Assembly: GCA_002256025.1 (NCBI GenBank)
Contig: NKIB01015239.1
Location: forward strand, 1-37,256
Length of the DNA stretch: 37,256 bases
Source of the DNA: Asterionella formosa
Taxonomy: Eukaryota
Direction of reading: 5' to 3'
The notes below the pieces were generated by a model. That model had not been told where the DNA came from. It saw only the letters and a program-made list of their open reading frames with translations, and ran no database searches. The translations under genes were made by a program, and so were the position numbers. This document shows positions 10,525 through 19,204 of the stretch, piece by piece. How positions within the stretch are numbered: position 1 is the stretch's first letter; every line of letters begins with the position of its first letter.

Positions 10525-12483
10525 ATGAACCAAACAACCGCAGAATACCTCGCAAGAAAGCTCCGAATTTCTGGGAGAAGTCGTGACGACGTTCCTTCCT
10601 CGACACCCAATGAAAACCATCACCACGAAGAGACATCGGAAAACAGTCCCGCGTTCGCTGTGGGCACTGTTGTTGACATAGACGCTGAAGAAAAGGCCCG
10701 ACGTAAATGTCAAATGATAACAATCTTTACATCATTTGCGATTGCTGCCTTAATAGCTACTGTTGTTGCACTCGCTGTCGCATCTACCCGTTCGGACCCT
10801 AGTACTCCATCACCACCTACAGAAGTTCCCATTGTTCTTTCGCTGGCTCCGTCAGGTCTAGGATTGGGTCCTTCTACACCAAGTCCTTCTACTTCTGGTT
10901 CATCATTCGCTTCATCGCCAAGTTTGTTTGCATTCTTGGCTCAAAATTCATTTGACAGTGGGAGGTCGCTTTCAATTAACGGATCCTCACAACAACGGGC
11001 CATGACTTGGGTGGCAACATCGGTATATAATGGTACCACAGACTATGTTTTGTTGCAATTCTATGCCTTGGCAGTACTATATTATGCCACTGGTGAAGCA
11101 CTTTCAAGCCAATCATGGTTGGAACATGATGGAAATGTTTCTCATTACAATTTTTGTGAATGGGGTAAGATCGATTGCAGTACTGGGATCGATATCACAG
11201 ATTTGCATCCTTCGTCTGGACTTGTTGGATCCCTGCCTCCCGAGGTTGGACTCTTGACAAGGCTCACATACCTATCTTTGTACTCCAATACTTTCACTGG
11301 CAACCTTCCCACAGAGATTGGACGCTTGACGAGTCTCACTGGTCTATCATTATTCTCCAACATTTTCACTGGGACTCTTCCCACAGAGATTGGACTCTTG
11401 ACTAGTCTCACTGATCTATTATTATACGCCAACACTTTCACTGGGACTATTCCCACAGAGATTGGACTCATGACAAGTCTCACTGAACTATCATTATACT
11501 CCAATACTTTTACTGGGACTCTTCCCACAGAGATTGGACTCTTGACAAGTCTCACTGATCTATCATTATACTCCAATACTTTCACTGGGACTCTTCCCAC
11601 AGAGATTGGACTCTTGACAAGGCTCAACAATCTATTATTATACTCCAATATTTTCTCTGGAATGCTTCCCACAGAAATTGGACTCTTGGCAAGTCTCTCT
11701 GAACTACCATTGTTCTCCAATACTTTCACTGGGACACTTCCCACTGAGATTGGACTCTTGACACGTCTCACTGATCTAGTTTTATACTCCAATATTTTTA
11801 CTGGCAACCTTCCCACAGAAATTGGGCTCTTGATAAATCTCACTGATCTATCATTATACTCTAATGCTTTTACGGGATCCCTTCCAACAGAGATGGGACT
11901 CTTGACAAGTCTTGCTAAACTATCATTATACTACAATACTTTCACTGACATACTTCCCACAGAGATTGGACTGATGACAAGTCTCACTGATCTATCATTA
12001 TACTCCAATATGTTCTCTGGGACCCTTCCCACAGAGATGGGACTCATGACAAGTCTCACTGAACTATCATTATACTCCAATATGTTCGCTAGGACCCTTC
12101 CCACAGAGATTGGAAAATTGACAAATATTGCATATCTATATTTGTTCTCCAATACTTTCACTGGCACACTTCCCACAGAGATTGGACTCTTGGCAAGTAT
12201 CGAATATCTATTTTTGTATGAGAATACTTTCACTGGCACACTTCCCACAGAGATAGGACTCTTGATAAGTCTTGAATATCTTTTTTTGTATAACAATACT
12301 TTCACTGGCACACTTCCCACAGAGATTGGACTCTTGTCAATTCTCTCAGAGTTTAGGGTACAGAACAATAAATTCACAGGTACAGTGCCAACTGAGATTG
12401 GATTTTTGACAAGTCTCACTGTGCTAGGTTTGAGCAACAATACATTCAATGGTTCTGTCCCCACAGATTTTGGTGATATCTAG
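10525..12483 (+). CDS. Single-pass membrane leucine-rich-repeat receptor-like protein (~652 aa, no kinase)
   Basis: First ATG at 10525. Hydrophilic N-terminus, TM helix ITIFTSFAIAALIATVVALAVA, Ser/Pro linker, diatom-type QQRAMTWV..QFYALAVLYYAT block and CEWGKIDC N-cap. Then 17 full 24-aa plant-type LRRs (LPTEIGLLTSLTxLxLYSNTFTGT) plus a partial one. Confidence 0.95.
   Translation: MNQTTAEYLARKLRISGRSRDDVPSSTPNENHHHEETSENSPAFAVGTVVDIDAEEKARRKCQMITIFTSFAIAALIATVVALAVASTRSDPSTPSPPTEVPIVLSLAPSGLGLGPSTPSPSTSGSSFASSPSLFAFLAQNSFDSGRSLSINGSSQQRAMTWVATSVYNGTTDYVLLQFYALAVLYYATGEALSSQSWLEHDGNVSHYNFCEWGKIDCSTGIDITDLHPSSGLVGSLPPEVGLLTRLTYLSLYSNTFTGNLPTEIGRLTSLTGLSLFSNIFTGTLPTEIGLLTSLTDLLLYANTFTGTIPTEIGLMTSLTELSLYSNTFTGTLPTEIGLLTSLTDLSLYSNTFTGTLPTEIGLLTRLNNLLLYSNIFSGMLPTEIGLLASLSELPLFSNTFTGTLPTEIGLLTRLTDLVLYSNIFTGNLPTEIGLLINLTDLSLYSNAFTGSLPTEMGLLTSLAKLSLYYNTFTDILPTEIGLMTSLTDLSLYSNMFSGTLPTEMGLMTSLTELSLYSNMFARTLPTEIGKLTNIAYLYLFSNTFTGTLPTEIGLLASIEYLFLYENTFTGTLPTEIGLLISLEYLFLYNNTFTGTLPTEIGLLSILSEFRVQNNKFTGTVPTEIGFLTSLTVLGLSNNTFNGSVPTDFGDI
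11230..12480 (+). repeat. 72-bp tandem array encoding the LRRs
   Basis: cttcccacagagattggactcttgac...tactccaatactttcactgg recurs every 72 nt with no indels. Confidence 0.97.
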
Positions 12484-14115
12484 TATAATTTCTCAGTGTG
12501 GTCATATGTGCACTGAAGCAAACAATATTAATGGCATTTTAAGGATTCATATCTAAATATAACTATACATAAAATTATAATGACTATTGATTACAATTCT
12601 TTTATTATTATGTGAGGATATATAATACAAGCAAACATAATAATATTGCATTGCTATCATCAGGTGTCATCAATTACTTATCATTGAGTTGAGAAGTGTT
12701 GAGTCGTGTGCAGACAGCAACTCATCAAAAAGCATTTAGTCATCCAGAACCACTGACTTGACTTATCCTATAGACCAAGCAAGTCCAACTATGGACATTC
12801 TGGATACGTGAAGTGCCTGTTCCTGCAGTTGTGTATGATCTATGGCATTGTATTTTCATATCCGCAAGGGGAAGTGCGATAAACTGAAGTGTCATATTTT
12901 TACAATTTTTCCAATGCGAAAATCAACAAGGAAGTTGCAGAGTATGTCGGGCACACGTATAAGCATGGCTAGCACTTTTAGGCTTGTGGTTGAATATTTC
13001 ACCATACCAGCCATTAGTGAACCATCAGACCCATCTACCAGTGCTAACAGGACCCAGGAACGCATTTTGGAATAGTTGGTAAATGCACATGTCAAATAAA
13101 GCACATATCTTAACGAAAATACAAAAACCACTTTATTCTCTAATGCGAGGACTAACCAATATAGTGCAGTATGGAATATACTGGAAATGATGCCAATCTT
13201 GTGAACTTTTGAACCTTTATGCAAGTCTTGAGGACATAAAACAAGTTTGTCACACCTTATTGCACTTTGTAACATATCATTTGATATTTCTGAGTATTTT
13301 TGGTATCAGATATCACCAATAGCAACAGATGACCGCAATTTTTCAATGGTGGCATTGACTGCTCCTGCTATGACAGATCTAACAGCTATTTCAACCATAT
13401 TTTAGCATTCACTTCCTTATGGCAAGGAGGGTAGTATCTTTCGCTATTCTTGCCAGTATCATCTCCAAAAGCAAACTTGAGGCACTGCACACAAATTGCT
13501 TTAGCTAGTGGTAGTGGATTCATAAACAAAAGAACTACCTTGCTCTCCTTGTCGTAAAAGGCAACACATCATGTCAAGCCATTATGGGGAGGCGCCTTCA
13601 CTTATCAGAAATCCACGTCTTTTCACACAATGAATAGTATGCTTGAGGGTGGTTCTGGAATTTCTGACATAATATGCAATTTGCTGCTTCCTTCACATAT
13701 TTTACGTCATATGGACAATGATAGTGCAATGACAAGAATTCACGCACATCTCACATGTTGATAAGAATCAGCAGAAATTATGCTTTAGCCGGCATGCATT
13801 GCACCTGTAGCATCACATGTTTTTCCACAAGTTTATGGTATGATAATGCATTCTCCATAGTTTCTCATTGCCCCCACAAATTGGGTTAGTTAAGTGGGTT
13901 ATTTACCAATTTGTTGATGGAGAAACATTTTCTATTTCCTGTCATGTGTGCAGACTTTCAGTGATGCTTCAGAAAGGATGAATGCCCACTATTGACTCCT
14001 TTTGATTCAAATTTATGTACATTTGAGATCACAGGCGGAGAATACTCATGAATGATGCTAAAGACTGATACAGCATCAGGATACCAACAAAGAAGATTTC
14101 TGGCAACTACCTTCC

Positions 14116-14450
14116 CTAGACTTGGTGTATTTCCGTAAACATGTGCACCTGTAGAGTCGGCTGGTGCGGGAAAAGGTTTTTACAAACAAGCAGGGTAATA
14201 CTTGTTATAGAATTTTCGAAGAAAAAATACTTTCTGATTTGTTGCAGCATTGTCAAGTGGGGATCTTCTAGATCCAGATGTATTTCAATCTCTGTAGGAA
14301 TTGTGCCAGTGAAAAACCATCGCTTGTCAAGCAAGTTTAGACGATACACCAGACTTAGCAAGATTCTAATTTACGTGGAAGATTTGGCTTTTAAACAATT
14401 GCATTCCCGTTTTCCATGGGAACAGATCCAGTTGAACTACTACTACTGCT
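14116..14450 (-). pseudogene. Decayed LRR gene fragment, inverted relative to the intact LRR gene
   Basis: The minus strand encodes FFTGTIPTEIE (~14283-14316) and TGSVPMENG (~14405-14432) amid stops and frameshifts. Confidence 0.6.
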
Positions 14451-14923
14451 TAGGGACAACCAATACAAGTTCATTCAAATTCTTTTAGGAATTTTGTGGG
14501 AAACAAACTTTAGCCGTTCATTTTCATTTTTTCACAACAAATTCTATAATACACTCAAACTCAACTAAAAATTGCACTTGTGCCAAACCATTTTTGTTTA
14601 GATTTCATGATACCAGATTGATCGTCAATGGGAATGGTGAGTGAATATGAAGACAAAGATAAACAGGAAGTATATGCAAATACATAGTGGTAATAACTAC
14701 TACTAGCACACCAGCAAGTATGACTTAAAATTTTTTCTATACTAGTGCTTTTTATAGAATGGAGCTAATGCAATTGTCACAATTCGCGTTGACCAAACAG
14801 GTTGCTGTGGATTTAATGGTGGCTCAACTTTGTTCATGCGCCGAAATTTGAGCAAACAAGAGCAATTATAAATTTGAGTGCTATCACTGTAAAATTGATG
14901 AATTTTTCTTCGTAACTCCGTAA

Positions 14924-15204
14924 TGAGAGCAATACTACTAGCAAGAAAATTGTCAAATCAAACACAATTGGAGAAACAATTTTTCAAGAATAGATAATCC
15001 TGTCCACATCTCATCATCAGTTTGGGGGCCAAGAGTAGTTAGTAACCATAAAATGCTCAGCCTGATCTGCATTCTGTGTTTAGAAGAGCAGTGGTGATAT
15101 TTTGATCACAAGATTCATAGTACTAGGCTGCTGATTGCTGAGATTCATGAGTATGTCGAGGGCATGGAATTCATTGCATGAGATTAGACACTCTAGGTAG
15201 TATT
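14924..15204 (+). repeat. Dispersed ~280-bp repeat, copy 2
   Basis: Colinear with 5137-5414, with scattered substitutions and small indels. Confidence 0.95.
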
Positions 15205-15231
15205 GGGTACACACTTCTGAGCTGCAACGAA

Positions 15232-15297
15232 GGGGGGGGGGGGGGGGTGGGGCGGGGGGCAGCGTCGCAAGGGGGGNNNNNNNNNNCTCTCCCCCCC

Positions 15298-15327
<30 letters not shown>
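15232..15327. other. Assembly gap (10 N) flanked by poly-G and poly-C low-complexity sequence
   Basis: N run at 15277-15286 between G-runs and C-runs. Confidence 0.97.
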
Positions 15328-15328
<1 letters not shown>

Positions 15329-16038
15329 TCCACCAGAGCAAATATTCGAATCGGGGCGCGATTAAGTCAGGTTCACCGATTAATTCTAGATTACCAGGTA
15401 CCTGGTACCTTGTACTTAGAACTTGCGCTTCATGTGACGCAGTGACCAACGTAAAAGTAGGTTACAACTATAACTGGTACCGGAACATAGGGAGTACATA
15501 ACATACGTTCATACTAGTGTTACAAAAGGGACCAACGAGCTACGAGTGCGCCGTAAGGAGATACTCCGAATCCGTGAACGGGAATGCGTACATTGTAATA
15601 CATGACCTTTGGTCCACACATCAACACAGGAACTTCAAGCTGACAAGAAATCGGACATTCCTCGGGGCATCTGTCATCTTGATAATTCGATTATACATTG
15701 GTATTCATGAATATGTACTTAAATTTACCAATACCGTATGCATTTACCAGTATCTCTTTGCGTGTAAATAAAAATACCGGTCTGCCCTATTACAGAACCC
15801 AGATGCAATACGAATGGTTAGCAATGTCGAGCTATAATATATGATACAGTCAGCACACTTTGTATTTTCTTGATTGTTGTCCATCACACGGCATTCATTT
15901 GTACATGGAAACATATCATGTTTACGGTATGAATAATAAAATAGCGAAGTCATAATAAGAGTGATATTTGGCTTTTACTGTAGCTGCAACTCGATTGCAA
16001 GCATTCTTTTAGATCGACCGCAGATACTATCAAACAAA

Positions 16039-19000
16039 ATGGAAGGAGAAACGAAATTTGTAAGCCCTCCCGAGCGCCGGCTTTACGGGAGACTGGTCGA
16101 ATGTCAGATGCTTAACGCCCGTTATCGGATGGCAGTTCTGCCTCCATTTCTGTCAAGGAAACAGAACGTAGTATTAATCAGCGGCGATGCCGGGATGGGA
16201 AAATGTGCACTAGCTTCATCGCTACGAGGTGCCGTTGAGAAAGATGGCGGGCTGTTCTTGAGTGGCAAGTTTGACCAGTTCCTTGGTCAGCCTTTCGAAC
16301 CCTTCCGACAAGCCTTCACGGAGTATACTGACCTCATATGCCAACGATACCCTGAACGCATTGGACAGCTTCGAGCGGACATACTCAAGGTAGTGGGACG
16401 CGAAGTCGAGCTTCTTACCTCAACGATTCCAGCTCTGACAAGAATCATTGGGCAGCAAAAGGGAGCAGCGAAAGTGCCAGGGTCATCAACGTCGCACCGA
16501 TTTCGGTATGTGTTTCGAGCGTTCCTGAGAGCTATTTGCAACGAGAAGTGGCCCCTCGTCTTGCAATTTGATGATATTCAGTGGGCAGATGCTTCGAGTC
16601 TTGAGCTTTTGCGATACATGTCGACCAGCTCTGGAGACAAGGCGTTCTTCTTGGTTTGTACTTTCCGCCGCGAGACCTCTCTAGACTCCCGCCGACCGTT
16701 TGTTGAAGCGCTGCAAGACATGAAAGCTGATACTAACCTCGAAGTGACCCAAATTCGTCTTCAGCCTTTGAAGCTTGTCAATGTCGACGAAATGGTATCA
16801 GACGCACTAGTGCTAACCAAGCACGAAACATTGCCTCTGTCAAACATTATTTTTCGTCAATCACGGGGCAATTCTCTTTATGTCAGCGAGGTTCTGAACC
16901 TTTTGGTTGACCAGGAATTGGTGTACATGGAAGGTGATAAATGGAATTGGTGTATTGATAAAATTCAAGCGAAGCTGGGTGGCACCAACTCTATTGTAGA
17001 TCTAGTCGCAACTAAGATGAAAACTATGCCATCAGATGTCCAAGAGTTACTCAAGGCTGCATCATGCCTGGGCCAAATGATTGACCAGTCGTCGTTATTC
17101 ATAACTTTGCAAAAGGAACCTTCCCAGGTCATTGACAGCATCAACCTGTCAATAGCTGCAGGTATGTTGGTATCGATACCAACGGTAGGGAAATACAGTT
17201 TTCCGCATGAAAAAATTCAAGAAGCGGCCAGTTCCCTCATCACCAACGAGGAGAAGTCAGAGTATTTTATCATGCTCGGCCGAAGATTGTGGAGAGGATC
17301 CGACGAAGGTACCTTGCATTCGAACATATTTACTATTGTCAACCTTCTTTATTTTGGAATTGATCTCATTACAGACACCAACGAGCGTTACGAGCTAGCA
17401 GAGTTACACCATCTTGCCGGTGAGAAGGCCACTGCATTGACGGCGTTCTCTCAAGCAGCAAGTTACCTGCGCAGGGGAATCAAGCTTCTTGGCAAAAATT
17501 CATGGACAGAGAAATATGCCCTCACACTAGCTCTTTATGATAGCTTGGCTGAAGTTGAAGCTAGTAATGCCGACTACGACAGAGTAAAAATGCTCGTTGA
17601 TGATGTACATAAAAATGCTTGCAATATTGACGACAAGATTCGGTCTTACTTTACGTTGATTCACTCAATGGCCAGCGAAGATTACGTTACTGAAGCCATC
17701 ACCTGTGGAATCGATTTCCTTCGCGAACTTGGTGAGCCTTTTCCATTATCGATTTCAAAATCCCAAATTAACAAAGAGCTAATGATGACACAATGGGCAT
17801 TGCGAGGAAAGAGCAACTGTGATTTGCTCTCACTACAACACATTGTCGATGGTAGGCAAATCGCGTGCGCTAAACTCATGAGTGTACTCTTTGTTTATTC
17901 ATACGTTCAGCGCTCTCCACATGCCCCGATTTTAGCTTGTCGTGCCATCCGTCACACTCTAAAACATGGTCTATTCGCAGGAAGTGCCTCGACGTTTGCC
18001 AGCTACGGTACTCTACTTATGTCAACCTTTGACTACCCGAATAGCGGAAAATCGCTTAGCATTTTGGCGCACTCGCTTCTGGAGTTGGACAAAGAAAAGG
18101 AGTATTTGGCCCAGTCTAAACTTTTGGTAATTGTAGGGATTGACTCGTTCTTCAAGCCGATGTCAGAAGTGACAGAAAGCTTAAAGTACGCATCGCGAAT
18201 TGCACTTGGTCGGGGTGACATAGCGATGGCTGGACTGAACGCAATGTACTTGCCTTTGTTGGGATTTCTGGGAGGAATGCGAATACCTGTTTTGGAAAAT
18301 GAGGCTGCTAGGAGTTTTGCTCTACTCAATGAGTACAACCAGCACGACAAGATACCGTTAGTCCATGTTATACAAGCATATGTCGCGAAACTAACTAGCG
18401 TTGCCGAAAGCAACTGCCCGACAGTTCTGGATGGACCGTTCCTTCTTGTGAACCGGTCGATGCAAGAGGCGGAGGAGCGCAAGAACTTCAAAATGCAGAT
18501 ATTGATTCAGGAAGCGGGAGGTATTCTCGCTTACATGTTCTTGGATTTTGAAGCCTCTCGAGACTATCTCAAAACATTTTTTGACATGTGTCTGCAGCAC
18601 AAAACCAAAGTTCTCATGAGTTATGTCGTAATGAGTTTCTACCAGGCATTGAATTATATAGCCTTGGCAAGAAAGGAGCCTTTACTCCGCGAGAGGAGGA
18701 AGATGTTGAAGCAAGCCGACAATTTAGCAAAGTCTCTGACATTCTGGGCACGATACTCGCCCACTGTCTATAGTCACCGAAGTGACTTGATTACGGCTGA
18801 GCTTCGTGCGACAAGAAACCCAAAGGACCAAATGATTACTAGACTTTACGAATGTGCCATTCAAGGTGGAGCAAATGCAGGGTTTTACAACGAAGCCGCA
18901 ATGGCGAGCGAGCGAGCCTGTGAACACTTCCAACGAGTCGGGGATAGTGCAAGCTGCCTGCATTACAGTAAACAGGCCATGGACTTATATCAAGAATATG

Positions 19001-19071
19001 GAGCGATTTCCAAGGTTGCTCGCATGGTGACTCAGTCCACATGGCAAGTCACAGTCCAAAAGAATGTTTGA
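16039..19071 (+). CDS. STAND-class predicted ATPase (AAA_16/COG3899-like) with helical/TPR-like C-terminus (~1010 aa)
   Basis: LYGR, Walker A region VVLISGDAGMGKC, SGKFDQ, Walker B PLVLQFDDIQWAD, SRGNSLYV, QELLKAASCLG, YSFPHEKIQEAA, AGEKA..AF..A..Y. Resembles the central module of cyanobacterial/fungal kinase-ATPase-GAF-histidine kinase hybrids. Likely ATG at 16039. Confidence 0.9.
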   Translation: MEGETKFVSPPERRLYGRLVECQMLNARYRMAVLPPFLSRKQNVVLISGDAGMGKCALASSLRGAVEKDGGLFLSGKFDQFLGQPFEPFRQAFTEYTDLICQRYPERIGQLRADILKVVGREVELLTSTIPALTRIIGQQKGAAKVPGSSTSHRFRYVFRAFLRAICNEKWPLVLQFDDIQWADASSLELLRYMSTSSGDKAFFLVCTFRRETSLDSRRPFVEALQDMKADTNLEVTQIRLQPLKLVNVDEMVSDALVLTKHETLPLSNIIFRQSRGNSLYVSEVLNLLVDQELVYMEGDKWNWCIDKIQAKLGGTNSIVDLVATKMKTMPSDVQELLKAASCLGQMIDQSSLFITLQKEPSQVIDSINLSIAAGMLVSIPTVGKYSFPHEKIQEAASSLITNEEKSEYFIMLGRRLWRGSDEGTLHSNIFTIVNLLYFGIDLITDTNERYELAELHHLAGEKATALTAFSQAASYLRRGIKLLGKNSWTEKYALTLALYDSLAEVEASNADYDRVKMLVDDVHKNACNIDDKIRSYFTLIHSMASEDYVTEAITCGIDFLRELGEPFPLSISKSQINKELMMTQWALRGKSNCDLLSLQHIVDGRQIACAKLMSVLFVYSYVQRSPHAPILACRAIRHTLKHGLFAGSASTFASYGTLLMSTFDYPNSGKSLSILAHSLLELDKEKEYLAQSKLLVIVGIDSFFKPMSEVTESLKYASRIALGRGDIAMAGLNAMYLPLLGFLGGMRIPVLENEAARSFALLNEYNQHDKIPLVHVIQAYVAKLTSVAESNCPTVLDGPFLLVNRSMQEAEERKNFKMQILIQEAGGILAYMFLDFEASRDYLKTFFDMCLQHKTKVLMSYVVMSFYQALNYIALARKEPLLRERRKMLKQADNLAKSLTFWARYSPTVYSHRSDLITAELRATRNPKDQMITRLYECAIQGGANAGFYNEAAMASERACEHFQRVGDSASCLHYSKQAMDLYQEYGAISKVARMVTQSTWQVTVQKNV

Positions 19072-19204
19072 TCCCTCGTGAAGATTTGGAGGTAGACTCC
19101 TTCCGGTTCTCGTATGAATAATACCTAAAAAAAGTAGTGAAAGCTCAGTTTACGTCAAAGCCTACCTGTCGTGAGACAACTACTGATGTGATTATTGCTA
19201 TTTT

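Noticed and set aside
11145..12464. Long antisense ORFs (232 and 177 aa) over the LRR array
   Set aside because: Shadow frames: a repeat unit lacking an antisense stop stays open when multiplied.
15171..15501. Gly/Pro-rich ORFs and an apparent G/C hairpin
   Set aside because: They span an N-gap and homopolymer runs, so they are probably assembly artefacts.
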